Origin: Candidatus Nanopelagicales bacterium
GTDB taxonomy: Bacteria; Actinomycetota; Actinomycetes; S36-B12
Assembly: GCA_030827125.1 (NCBI GenBank)
Contig: JAURFD010000006.1
Span: forward strand, 53,680-117,679
Reading direction: 5' to 3'
DNA: 64,000 nucleotides
A program made the position numbers and the translations under genes. Position 1 is the first letter of the stretch. Every line of letters starts with the position of its first letter. The notes beneath the pieces were generated by a model that worked only from the letters and a program-made list of their open reading frames with translations, was not told the origin of the DNA and did not search any database. Below, one piece after another: positions 18,440 to 27,534 of this stretch.

Positions 18440-18679
18440 ATGGCTGAGTATTCCGTCGAACCCGAGAACCGGTCCTGGACGCTGACCAAGGTGGTCTCGA
18501 TCATCGTGGCGATCGCTACCGCGGGCTACATGGCTCCCTGGGCGGTGGCCGCCGTGCGTGACGTGCCGCACTGGGCAGTCTTCTGGGTCAACCTGCTCCT
18601 GGGGTGGACCATCATCGGCTGGATCGTCGCCCTCGTGATGGCGCTGCGAGCCCAGCGGGTCGTCGTACGCCCCAATTAG
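18440..18679 (+). CDS. Superinfection-immunity (T4 Imm-like) small membrane protein
   Basis: APWAVA...VFWVNLLLGWTIIGWIVAL signature; own TACGGT -10 box 6 nt upstream. Confidence 0.78.
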   Translation: MAEYSVEPENRSWTLTKVVSIIVAIATAGYMAPWAVAAVRDVPHWAVFWVNLLLGWTIIGWIVALVMALRAQRVVVRPN

Positions 18680-18685
18680 AGCCCG

Positions 18686-18738
18686 GCGTTCTTTCGGCAG
18701 ATCGCGGGTCTGAGCCCCCTGAACTGACCAAAGAACGC
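18686..18738. repeat. REP-like imperfect palindrome (53 bp)
   Basis: GCGTTCTTTCGGCAGATC...GAACTGACCAAAGAACGC; 15 of 18 arm positions complementary. Confidence 0.6.
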
Positions 18739-18802
18739 TCAACAGCCTCGTGAAGCCGGCGTCGAAATCGGGATTTGGGGTCTGGACCCGTAAACTCCTG
18801 GG

Positions 18803-19492
18803 GTGATCCTGTTCGAGAACGTGGTGAAGCAGTACCCCACGCAGAACCGTCCCGCCCTCGACGACGTCTCCCTGGAGGTCGAGAAGGGGGAGTTCGTCTT
18901 CCTCGTCGGCGCCTCGGGTTCGGGCAAGTCGACCTTCCTGCGCCTGGTGCTCAAGGAAGAGACGCCGAACAAGGGGCGGGTCTGGGTCGCCGGCAAGGAT
19001 CTCGGCCGCCTCTCGAACTGGAAGATCCCCCAGCTGCGGCGCCGGATCGGCACCGTCTTCCAAGACTTCCGCCTGCTGCCGAACAAGACCGTCTTCGACA
19101 ACGTCGCCTTCGCGCTCGAGGTCATCGGCAAGTCCCGTGGCCAGGTCCAGCGCATCGTCCCGGAAGTCCTCGACCTCGTGGGGCTGGAGGGCAAGGAGCA
19201 CCGCATGCCGGACGAGTTGTCCGGTGGCGAGCAGCAGCGTGTCGCGATCGCCCGCGCCTTCGTCAACAAGCCCGCGATCCTCATCGCCGACGAGCCGACG
19301 GGCAACCTTGACCCGTCGACATCCGAGGGCATCATGAAGCTCCTCGAACGCATCAACCGCACGGGCACCACCGTGGTGATGGCGACGCATGACGCGGCCA
19401 TCGTCAACCAGATGCGCAAGCGCGTGATCGAACTCGAGCAGGGTCACCTGGTACGCGATCAGTCGCGTGGCGTCTACGGATACTCGCGGTAG
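18803..19492 (+). CDS. ftsE: Cell division ATP-binding protein FtsE
   Basis: [34 protein letters not shown]; precedes ftsX-smpB. Confidence 0.96.
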   Translation: MILFENVVKQYPTQNRPALDDVSLEVEKGEFVFLVGASGSGKSTFLRLVLKEETPNKGRVWVAGKDLGRLSNWKIPQLRRRIGTVFQDFRLLPNKTVFDNVAFALEVIGKSRGQVQRIVPEVLDLVGLEGKEHRMPDELSGGEQQRVAIARAFVNKPAILIADEPTGNLDPSTSEGIMKLLERINRTGTTVVMATHDAAIVNQMRKRVIELEQGHLVRDQSRGVYGYSR

Positions 19493-19500
19493 GGCCGGGC

Positions 19501-20409
19501 ATGCAAACGCGATTCGTCTTCAGTGAGGTCGGCAACGGCCTGCGCCGCAACCTGACCATGACGGTGGCCGTGATCATCACGGTCGGCGTGTCCCTCGCGC
19601 TCTTTGGCGTGTCACTGCTGGTGCGCTCGCAGGTCGACACCATGAAGGACTTTTGGTACGACAAGGTCGAGGTGTCGATCTTCCTCTGCAATGACAACTC
19701 CGAGACCGCTTCGTGCGCCGGAGGCAAAATCACCGAGGCGCAGAAGGAGCAGATCCAGGCGGATCTGGAGTCCCTCAAGCCGCTCGTCCAGGAGATCTAC
19801 TTCGAGACGCAGCAAGAGGCCTACGACCGCTTCATCGTGCAATATCGCAACTCGCCGATCATCGACAGCGTCACGGTCGAGGCACTGCCCGAGTCCTTCC
19901 GCGTCAAACTCTCTGATCCCACGCAGTACGACATCGTCGCGTCTGCGTTCGAGGGCAGGCCCGGCGTCGAACAGGTCAATGACCAGCGGCAATTCCTCGA
20001 GAAGTTCTTCCAGCTCCTGGGTGGATTGCAGGCCATCGCCCTGGTGATCGCACTCGCGATGTTGGTTGTCACGGTGCTTCTCATTGTCAACACCATGCGC
20101 GTCGCCGCATTCAGTCGACGGCGAGAGACCGGCATCATGCGTCTGGTCGGGGCGTCGAACTTCTACATTCAGTTGCCCTTCCTCGCGGAGGCGGCCATCG
20201 CCGCCGCGGTGGGTGCCACCATCGCGACCGGTGGCCTAGTGCTCGTCAAGATCTTCGTCATCGATCGAGTGCTCGCCCCCGCCTTCCAGTTCACCGCCTT
20301 CGTCGGATGGGAAGCGGTGTGGGCGATCGTGCCGATTCTGTTCCTCACCGGTATCGCACTCGCCTGTCTGGCCGCCTTCCTCACCCTGCGCAAGTACCTG
20401 CGCGTGTAG
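19501..20409 (+). CDS. ftsX: Cell division permease FtsX
   Basis: GLRRNLTMT, SRRRETGIMRLVGAS, RKYLRV end. Confidence 0.96.
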   Translation: MQTRFVFSEVGNGLRRNLTMTVAVIITVGVSLALFGVSLLVRSQVDTMKDFWYDKVEVSIFLCNDNSETASCAGGKITEAQKEQIQADLESLKPLVQEIYFETQQEAYDRFIVQYRNSPIIDSVTVEALPESFRVKLSDPTQYDIVASAFEGRPGVEQVNDQRQFLEKFFQLLGGLQAIALVIALAMLVVTVLLIVNTMRVAAFSRRRETGIMRLVGASNFYIQLPFLAEAAIAAAVGATIATGGLVLVKIFVIDRVLAPAFQFTAFVGWEAVWAIVPILFLTGIALACLAAFLTLRKYLRV

Positions 20410-20412
20410 CCC

Positions 20413-20889
20413 GTGGCCAAGGAGAAGGGGCGGACCCTTATCGCCCAAAATCGGAAAGCTCGCCACGACTACCACGTGGAGAGCACGATTGAGGCGGGGC
20501 TGGTGCTCACCGGCACCGAGGTCAAGTCCCTACGCGCGGGGCGCGCAACGCTCACGGACGGTTACGCCACCATCGACAACGGCCAGGCATGGCTGCGCGG
20601 CGTACACATTCCCGAATACGACCTCGGCACCTGGACCAACCACGAGCCGCGCCGAGCGCGCAAACTGCTGCTGCACCGGGACGAGATCCGCAAGTTGGCT
20701 GCCAAGACCCAGGCCAAAGGCCTGACGATCATCCCGCTGTCCCTGTATTTCAAGGACGGCTACGCCAAGGTGGAGCTCGCGCTCGCGGCAGGTCGCAAAC
20801 ATCAGGACAAGCGTCACGCCATCGCCGAGCGTGAGGCCAAGCGGGAGACTGAGCGCGCGATCGGCCGCCGGCAGAAGGGTATGGAGTGA
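20413..20889 (+). CDS. smpB: SsrA-binding protein
   Basis: [27 protein letters not shown]. Confidence 0.97.
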   Translation: MAKEKGRTLIAQNRKARHDYHVESTIEAGLVLTGTEVKSLRAGRATLTDGYATIDNGQAWLRGVHIPEYDLGTWTNHEPRRARKLLLHRDEIRKLAAKTQAKGLTIIPLSLYFKDGYAKVELALAAGRKHQDKRHAIAEREAKRETERAIGRRQKGME

Positions 20890-22289
20890 GCGACGAGAGG
20901 TCGGATCTCGAGCGGATGCTCGACGATCTCTTCCCCTACCGTCACACGAGCACGACGTTCACACGCATCCCGGACCAGGCCGTCGATCGCGACTCCGTCC
21001 TCGCGGACATCGCTCAGATGGCCAAGGCCGAGGACGCCCAGGGAGATGCTGGGCGCGTTTCCGGCAGTCTCTACAGCGGCGACCACGAGCACTATGACTT
21101 CCTCACGGACGTCTTCGGTGAGTTCGCGCACGCCAATGTCCTGCAGCGCGACATGTATCCCTCGGCCACGAAGTTCGAGGGTGAGATCGTCGCGATGGTG
21201 GCAAACATGCTGCATGCGCCGGTCCCGGCCGGTGTCGTCACCAGCGGCGGCAGTGACAGTCTTATTCATGCGCTCTACTCCTATCGCGAGGACGCCCGTG
21301 AGTCCCGCGGCGTGACGCGCCCGAACGTCGTCCTTCCTGTGACCGCCCACGTCGCCCTGCGCAAGGGGGCGCACTGGATGGGTATCGAGGTCCGCGATGT
21401 CCCCGTCACGGATGAGTTCATCGCTGACGTGCCCGCCATGGCGTCCGCGATTGATGACCAGACGATCGCCGTCGTGGGCAGTGCCGGTGACTACGCGCAC
21501 GGGCTCATCGACCCGATCCCCGAGTTGGGCGCCCTCGCCATGGAGCGTGGCATCGGCTTGCACGTGGATGCGTGCCTCGGCGGGTTCCTGCTGCCATGGG
21601 CCGAGGAGCTTGGCTACGACGTGCCTCCGTGGGACTTCCGCGTCGACGGTGTCACCAGCATCTCGGCAGACACCCACAAATACGGCTACGCACTCAAAGG
21701 CACCTCCGCACTCATCTATCGGGATACAACTCTGCGTGCGCGCCAGTGGTACTCGGTCACGGACTGGCCCGGTGGGCTTTACCTCTCGCCAGGCTTGGCG
21801 GGGTCACGCAGCGGCGGTCTCATCGCATCGACCTGGGCAGCGATGGTGACGACCGGGCGCAGTGGCTACCTGGACCGCGCGCGTGCGCTGCTCATCGTCA
21901 ACGACACGATCAAGGCCGGTATCCGCGAGGGCATTCCGGAGTTGCAGATCATCGGGGATCCGATCTTCATGACGTCGTTCCAGTCTGATGTCGTTGATGT
22001 CTACCTCGTCAACGACGCGCTCAAAAAGGCCGGTTGGCGCATGAACGCGCTGCAGCTGCCGCCCGCACTCCACTTCTGCGTCACCGGCCCGAACACGCAG
22101 CCAGGGATCGCCGAAGCCTTCGTCTCGGATCTTCGAGTGGCCGTCGACTACGCGCTCGAGCACGCGGGCCAGCCGGCGGAGAGCGGTGCGATGTACGGCT
22201 TCGGGGCGACGCCGAGCGGTCGAGAGACGTTGACCTCGGCCATGAACGGCGTCCTCGAAGCGATGCACGCGACGGCACCGGAGGTCTAG
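20886..22289 (+). CDS. PLP-dependent enzyme, sphingosine-1-phosphate lyase-like (group II decarboxylase fold)
   Basis: [41 protein letters not shown] (PLP Lys), GSRSGG; GTGA overlap with smpB. Confidence 0.85.
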   Translation: MSDERSDLERMLDDLFPYRHTSTTFTRIPDQAVDRDSVLADIAQMAKAEDAQGDAGRVSGSLYSGDHEHYDFLTDVFGEFAHANVLQRDMYPSATKFEGEIVAMVANMLHAPVPAGVVTSGGSDSLIHALYSYREDARESRGVTRPNVVLPVTAHVALRKGAHWMGIEVRDVPVTDEFIADVPAMASAIDDQTIAVVGSAGDYAHGLIDPIPELGALAMERGIGLHVDACLGGFLLPWAEELGYDVPPWDFRVDGVTSISADTHKYGYALKGTSALIYRDTTLRARQWYSVTDWPGGLYLSPGLAGSRSGGLIASTWAAMVTTGRSGYLDRARALLIVNDTIKAGIREGIPELQIIGDPIFMTSFQSDVVDVYLVNDALKKAGWRMNALQLPPALHFCVTGPNTQPGIAEAFVSDLRVAVDYALEHAGQPAESGAMYGFGATPSGRETLTSAMNGVLEAMHATAPEV

Positions 22290-23795
22290 GTGGGCTGGGT
22301 CCTCGCGATCGACCTGGGCAACGGGGGACCCAAGGTTGCCGCGGTGGATCCATCGGGGCGCGTCCTCGCGGTGGCGCATCGCCCCGTGGATGTGGAGATC
22401 GGGCTTGATGGCGCAGCGACGCAGGACGCCGCGCAGTGGTGGGATCGCCTTGGCGAGGCCGCGCGTGAAGTGACCGATGCTGTTGGCCCGAGTGTCACCG
22501 CAGTGGCGATCACTGGTCAATGGGGTTCCACCGTGCCGGTGGATGCCGCGGGCAATCCCGTCGGCCCCGTACTCCTCTGGGCCGACACGCGGGCCCGCAA
22601 GCACATGCGTGATGTGGTCGGTGGCCCTGTGAGTGTGCAGGGGTTCGCGCCGCACCGGGTGATCCCCTGGGTGCGGTTGACGGGAGGGGCGCCGACACCG
22701 TCCGGGGCTGACCCCACCGGACACTCATTGCTGTTGCAGCGCGAGATGCCGGAGGTCTACGCCAAGGCTCGTTGGCTGCTCGAGCCGATCGACTACCTCG
22801 GCATGCGCCTTACGGGTCGGGCGGCAGCCACGCCCGCCTCGATGATCCTGTCCTGGCTCACCGACAACCGCATCGGTGCCAAGCCGGCGTACGTAGAAGA
22901 CCTGGTGCGACGGGCACGTCGCGATCCGGGCCGACTGCCACCGCTTGTGCCGATGGGATCCATCCTCGGTCCGGTGCTACCGGAGGTGGCCGACGCGCTC
23001 GGCATCCCGGCTGGCATCCCTGTCGTCTGCGGATTACCGGATCTCCACGCGGCCATCTTGGGCAGCGGCGCCATCGATCCCTTCGCGACACACGTCGCCG
23101 TCTCGACTACTTCGTGGATCAGCGCACGGGTGCCTTTCAAGCGCACCGACGTGCTCCACTCGATTGCGACCGTGCCCGGCTTCGGCAACCGCATGCCGGT
23201 CATCGCCAACAACCAGGAGATCGGGGGAGCAGCGCTGCGCTGGCTGCATGAGCAGGTCTTCGACGATGACTACGACGCGCTCACCGCCGAGGCCGCGACG
23301 GCGCCAGCGGGCAGTGAAGGGGTGCTCTTCGCGCCCTGGCTCAACGGTGAACGCAGCCCGGTCGAGGACAAGGACGTCCGCGGTGCCTTCGTCGGACTGT
23401 CCCTGCGCACCGACCGCGCCACGATGATCCGCGCGGCAATGGAGGGTGTGGCGCTCAACTCCCGATGGCTCTTCGACGCCTACGAGAAGTTCTGCAGGCA
23501 CCGGATTAGTCCGGTCCGCATTCTCGGTGGCGGCGCACAGTCTGATCTGTGGTGCGCGATGTACGCGGGGGCGCTTGACCGCCCGATTGAGCAGGTGGAG
23601 CAGCCGCGCGATGCGCAGATGGTGGGCGCCGCTCAGTGGGCGCGGGTCTGTCTGGGCGAGACGACGCTGGCAGAGGCGGCCAGCCGCGTGCGAGTGGCGA
23701 GGGTCTTTGAGCCGGCCGACTGCGATCGGGAGGTCTATCAGGAGGCCTACGCCGACTACCGCCACCTCTACAAGCGCCTCAAACACTTCCGTTGA
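22290..23795 (+). CDS. FGGY-family carbohydrate kinase (xylulokinase-like)
   Basis: AIDLGNGGPK, ITGQW, WADTRA, PWLNGERSP, RAAMEGV, GGGAQS. Confidence 0.9.
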   Translation: MGWVLAIDLGNGGPKVAAVDPSGRVLAVAHRPVDVEIGLDGAATQDAAQWWDRLGEAAREVTDAVGPSVTAVAITGQWGSTVPVDAAGNPVGPVLLWADTRARKHMRDVVGGPVSVQGFAPHRVIPWVRLTGGAPTPSGADPTGHSLLLQREMPEVYAKARWLLEPIDYLGMRLTGRAAATPASMILSWLTDNRIGAKPAYVEDLVRRARRDPGRLPPLVPMGSILGPVLPEVADALGIPAGIPVVCGLPDLHAAILGSGAIDPFATHVAVSTTSWISARVPFKRTDVLHSIATVPGFGNRMPVIANNQEIGGAALRWLHEQVFDDDYDALTAEAATAPAGSEGVLFAPWLNGERSPVEDKDVRGAFVGLSLRTDRATMIRAAMEGVALNSRWLFDAYEKFCRHRISPVRILGGGAQSDLWCAMYAGALDRPIEQVEQPRDAQMVGAAQWARVCLGETTLAEAASRVRVARVFEPADCDREVYQEAYADYRHLYKRLKHFR

Positions 23796-23849
23796 GTGGC
23801 GGGTTGTGGACGGTTTTTCGCCCGAAAACCGTCCACAACTCGCCACTCA
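23793..23849. repeat. REP-like palindrome family A, copy 2, between convergent genes
   Basis: TGAGTGGCGGGTTGTGGACGGTTTT...AAAACCGTCCACAACTCGCCACTCA; both flanking TGA stops lie in its ends. Confidence 0.9.
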
Positions 23850-24506
23850 CGGGATCGGCGTGGGCAAAAGTCGAGTGATGTGGCGGGTCTCATAGCGGGG
23901 TGCAGGCCCGGTGATCGAGTGGATCAGGTGCAGTTCGCTGACGTCAAACACCGGTCCGGCGTACTCAGCGAGGGTCTCTACGGCCTGAGCCGCCTGATCC
24001 TCGGGTGTCGATGGACTGTCTTTGCTCGGGTCGGCTGCGGACGCGGGGCGGCCGTGCTTCCACCGGGCGATGGTGAGGTGGGGTCGCCAGGGTCGGTGCT
24101 CGATCGAGATTCGTTCGGCCCGCATGGCTCGGCGTACGGCGCGAGTGACCTGCCCCAGGGCACTGAGAGGGTCGCGTCTACTGACGCCGAAGGGGAGGTG
24201 CGGGTCGGACTCGGAGTCCGCTCGGTGGCTGACCCCCAGCCCGAGCCACAGGACCCCGGGGAAGGTCCCCGCCCCGGCCAGTTGGAGGCCCTCGACTTCC
24301 TCATACGACGACCCGACCGCGTCGAGGGCCGAAGCCAGTCGGGGGGCCTTTTCGGCGTCTACTTCACCGAGGAATACGAGTGTGAGGTGCCAGCGTTCGG
24401 GAGGTATCCAACGCACGTCCGGGGCGGTGGAGGCGATCCGGTTCACCGCCCCGGCGGCGTGGGAAATGGCCTCGGATGAGGGGACGACCCCGACGAACAG
24501 GCGCAC
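23847..24506 (-). CDS. thpR: RNA 2',3'-cyclic phosphodiesterase (2H family)
   Basis: MRLFVG start, WHLTLVFLG and PHLTIAR HxT motifs, C-terminal GPAPRYE. Confidence 0.88.
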   Translation of the reverse strand: MRLFVGVVPSSEAISHAAGAVNRIASTAPDVRWIPPERWHLTLVFLGEVDAEKAPRLASALDAVGSSYEEVEGLQLAGAGTFPGVLWLGLGVSHRADSESDPHLPFGVSRRDPLSALGQVTRAVRRAMRAERISIEHRPWRPHLTIARWKHGRPASAADPSKDSPSTPEDQAAQAVETLAEYAGPVFDVSELHLIHSITGPAPRYETRHITRLLPTPIP

Positions 24507-24532
24507 CTGCCCAGGCTATGCCGAGGGCGCCC

Positions 24533-24584
24533 CAGGGGCGTCGCCCTCGTAAATTCGGAGCCGGGAAGACGGGGCGACGCCCTG
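24533..24584. repeat. REP-like imperfect palindrome in the divergent intergenic region
   Basis: CAGGGGCGTCGCCCTCGT...ACGGGGCGACGCCCTG. Confidence 0.55.
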
Positions 24585-24620
24585 CGCGCGTCTTCGGGCA
24601 GTGAGTGTGACAATGAAGCT

Positions 24621-25031
24621 ATGAACGCCGACGGCAGCCGGGCAATCCGCTTGGTCGTTGTCGCGCTCCTGGCCGTGGGTCTCGTGGGCATGCACCATCT
24701 TGTGGCGGCATCCCATCACACTGGCGCGCACGAGGGCCACGCTGCGGCGATCGCGCTGGGAGCGCCTACCGTCGATATGTCCCCGGGCGAGTCACGAGTC
24801 TCAGCGCTGGCCGCGGTGACGGCCCCTCTGCCAGAAGCCCCCAGCGGACCGCTGGCCGTAGCCGTGACCTGCCTTGCCGTCCTGTTGATGCTGGTGATTC
24901 TGATCTTGCCCGGCGGACTGGGGCGGGTGCGACGCCTCAGCCTCGCTCGCGCGAAGGAGCGAGCGAAAAGTTTCCTTGCGCGGGGTCCCGCGCCACCAGA
25001 TCTCGCCTGCCTTTCTGTGCTGCGGACGTGA
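24621..25031 (+). CDS. His-rich small membrane protein (DUF6153-like)
   Basis: GLVGMHH, CLAVL, C-terminal PPDLACLSVLRT, typical of the gene preceding DUF305 in actinobacterial copper loci. Confidence 0.65.
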   Translation: MNADGSRAIRLVVVALLAVGLVGMHHLVAASHHTGAHEGHAAAIALGAPTVDMSPGESRVSALAAVTAPLPEAPSGPLAVAVTCLAVLLMLVILILPGGLGRVRRLSLARAKERAKSFLARGPAPPDLACLSVLRT

Positions 25032-25116
25032 TGAGTCGTTGAGCCCAAGAGTTGGCTTCGCCGACCTGTGGGGCTCATCAGGCCATCATCACTTCTTCGT
25101 CACGAAAGGTTGACAC

Positions 25117-26454
25117 ATGAAAAGACGACTTTCCGGCATGGTGATTGCCGGGGCAGCACTTGCTGTGATGCTCGCGGGCTGCGGCGGTTCCTATGACATG
25201 GGCGATATGGGAATGGGCACACCCGCGGGCGACACTGGTGCTTCGGCCAACGATGCCATGTTCGCTCAGATGATGATCCCCCACCACGAGCAGGCCGTGG
25301 AAATGTCGACGCTCGCGGAAACGCGGGCCGCAGATCCCGAGGTGAAGGCACTCGCGGCAGAGATCAAGGCTGCCCAGCAGCCAGAGATCGACCAAATGCG
25401 TGCCTGGCTCGAGGAGTGGGACATGCCCGTCATGGACGGCATGGAAGCCATGGGCGCCCATGGAGATCACGGCATGGGCGGCATGAGCGGCATGATCAGC
25501 GACGAGCAGATGGAGCAACTCGAAGCGGCTAGTGGTCCGGAGTTCGATCTACTTTTCGTCGAGTTCATGATCGAGCACCACGAAGGTGCCATTGAGATGG
25601 CTGAGGATGTCGAGGACTCCCAGGATCCGCGGGTCGCGGCACTGGCTAAAGCGATCATCGAGACCCAGCAGGTCGAGATCGACCAGATGAGGGCCTTCCT
25701 TGAGCGTATGGGCGTGGACGCCGCTCCCGTCGAGGGCGCATCGGTGACCGACGTCCCGCTCTCCCTGCCACTGGACCACGTCCATGCAGCGGTCGCCGTA
25801 GACGGAGCGCTCCTGCTCGGAACACATGCCGGGGTCGTTCGCGTAGACCCGGTCACGGGAACCGTGAGCACCACCGGTGAGTCACGTGATGACTTCATGG
25901 GGCTATCGGGGACGGGAGATGTGCTCTTCGCCAGTGGACATCCAGGTGCCGGATCGAACCTGCCCAATCCCGTGGGGCTGCTTCGGTCCACCGATGGGGC
26001 TCAGTCCTGGGAGCCGGTCTCGCTGACCGGTGAGATCGACTTCCACGCACTTGCATCCGACGGCAACCGCATCGCCGGCGCCGCGACCACAGGGGAGTTG
26101 CTCTACTCCGAGAACGAGGGTGCGAGTTGGGATTCGCTGGGGGCGATCGAGACCACCGGACTGGCCTGGTTCCAGGGCACCCTGTGGCTCGCCGACGGGT
26201 CGTCCCTGTGGACGTGGAAGCCGGGGGAGGAGGCACCGGCCCAGAAGGTAGGGACACCAGCCGTGCTCTTGGCTGCAGCCCCGGACGGCAGCCGGCTGTG
26301 GGCGCTTCTTCGCGATGGCAGTGTCGTGGCCACGCAGGACGGACAGTCCTGGGCGTCGGTCGCTGAGGTCTCTGAGGCCTCCGCTCTGGCGGCGTCAGCG
26401 GACGCCGCCTTCGTGGTCACCGCCGAGCGGGTGTACGTCGTTCCGCTGAGCTGA
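25117..26454 (+). CDS. DUF305 (CopM-like) lipoprotein fused to an F510_1955-like beta-propeller domain
   Basis: Lipobox LAGC; MMIPHHEQAVEM and MIEHHEGAIEMA; then HVH, THAG, DFMG, ASGHPG, STDGAQSW, DFHAL. Confidence 0.8.
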   Translation: MKRRLSGMVIAGAALAVMLAGCGGSYDMGDMGMGTPAGDTGASANDAMFAQMMIPHHEQAVEMSTLAETRAADPEVKALAAEIKAAQQPEIDQMRAWLEEWDMPVMDGMEAMGAHGDHGMGGMSGMISDEQMEQLEAASGPEFDLLFVEFMIEHHEGAIEMAEDVEDSQDPRVAALAKAIIETQQVEIDQMRAFLERMGVDAAPVEGASVTDVPLSLPLDHVHAAVAVDGALLLGTHAGVVRVDPVTGTVSTTGESRDDFMGLSGTGDVLFASGHPGAGSNLPNPVGLLRSTDGAQSWEPVSLTGEIDFHALASDGNRIAGAATTGELLYSENEGASWDSLGAIETTGLAWFQGTLWLADGSSLWTWKPGEEAPAQKVGTPAVLLAAAPDGSRLWALLRDGSVVATQDGQSWASVAEVSEASALAASADAAFVVTAERVYVVPLS

Positions 26455-26518
26455 TGGCGCCCTGCGGTGGTCAACGGACTCCGCTAGTCGGCGTACCATA
26501 GAGAGACAACTGAACAGC

Positions 26519-26883
26519 GGGGGTGACAGGTTTCGACGATCAGGTGTCTGATCTCGGAGAAGCGTGCCGAGGATGTCGGCTTATCTCGTTAACGATGCCG
26601 GTAACCAAATAACTGCCAAAAAGACGCAGTCCGAGTTCGCACTCGCCGCCTGAGGCGAGTAGCCACTCCGTCAGCCCGGGGAGTCTCCGACCCGGTGTCT
26701 GGCGTCAACTAGGAGACTCACCGAACGTCCCGGTCACGGGGGCGTAAGGAAAATAAACAGTGAATAGGCTGTTACCGCGTAGTGCCGTACGAAGCGCGGA
26801 GGCCGATAAGCGATAGCGCGGCTACGCACGTAGAAGGCCGGATTAGGTCTGACCGGACCCGGGTTCGATTCCCGGCACCTCCA
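26519..26883 (+). ncRNA. ssrA: tmRNA; tag peptide (A)AKKTQSEFALAA at 26615-26653
   Basis: 5' GGGGGTGACAGGTTTCGAC; 3' T-arm CCGGGTTCGATTCCCGG and CACCTCCA acceptor; tag ORF ends ALAA-stop; TACCAT -10 box upstream; CCA not encoded. Confidence 0.96.
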
Positions 26884-26887
26884 CAAC

Positions 26888-27432
26888 GAGGGTTGAGTAG
26901 ATACTTCGAATACCCCGGAGTAGAAAAACCCGCCACATTGGGCCGGCTCCCTCAGGGAGCCGGCCCAATGTGCGTTGTCACAAAAAGTTACTTCTGATTG
27001 CCGTGGATTGTTGTGCGCTGTTTCCGGGTCCGCGATGGGCTCCACGAGTTTTTCTACTCCGCAGGCCGCCGTCACCGGGAGTAGAGAACAGGTGGTCTGG
27101 GGAGTAGAAAAGTTGCGACGGAAGACGCTGTGGAGGGGCAGCCCGCGGCACCCCTCCACAGTTGGCGCTCTGCCGGGTGCGACGCCGCATCCGAGTCGGA
27201 TTAACTCGGGTGGCTCGCCTTCAACGCTGCGCGCCACTGACCCTGGGCCCTATGCACTGCGTTCCGTTCGCCGACGAGGCGGGTTGAGTGGATATTCCAG
27301 CGGTTTTGGAGCAGACAACCCACCGCATGCGTCAGCGCCCTGAAGGGGGTCGGCCCCATGGTCTTTGTCACAGACCGCACCGCTTGCTGTCGCGGATCCT
27401 TGGGTGGTGTTTTCGGATCCGCGATGACCCAC
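26888..27432. mobile_element. Putative integrative-element attachment-site remnants (arm-like GAGTAGA boxes, degenerate ~150 bp duplication)
   Basis: Box pairs 23 bp apart at 26895/26918, 27079/27102 and 27286/27309; inverted box at 27053; located directly after the ssrA 3' end. Confidence 0.5.
26934..26972 (+). terminator. Perfect 18-bp hairpin downstream of ssrA
   Basis: CACATTGGGCCGGCTCCC-TCA-GGGAGCCGGCCCAATGTG. Confidence 0.7.
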
Positions 27433-27534
27433 TTGAGCGCCTAGGCGACCGGAGGGCAATGCTCCGAACTCTTGGTTACCCCCTCCAGGCCTTGCCGTTG
27501 GGCTTGAAGGCAAGCACGTTGGAGCGGGTGGCGC

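Noticed and set aside
26884-27330. GAGTAGA repeats as a CRISPR array
   Set aside because: The repeats are only 7-11 nt, paired at 23 bp and in both orientations; there is no repeat-spacer periodicity and no cas gene.
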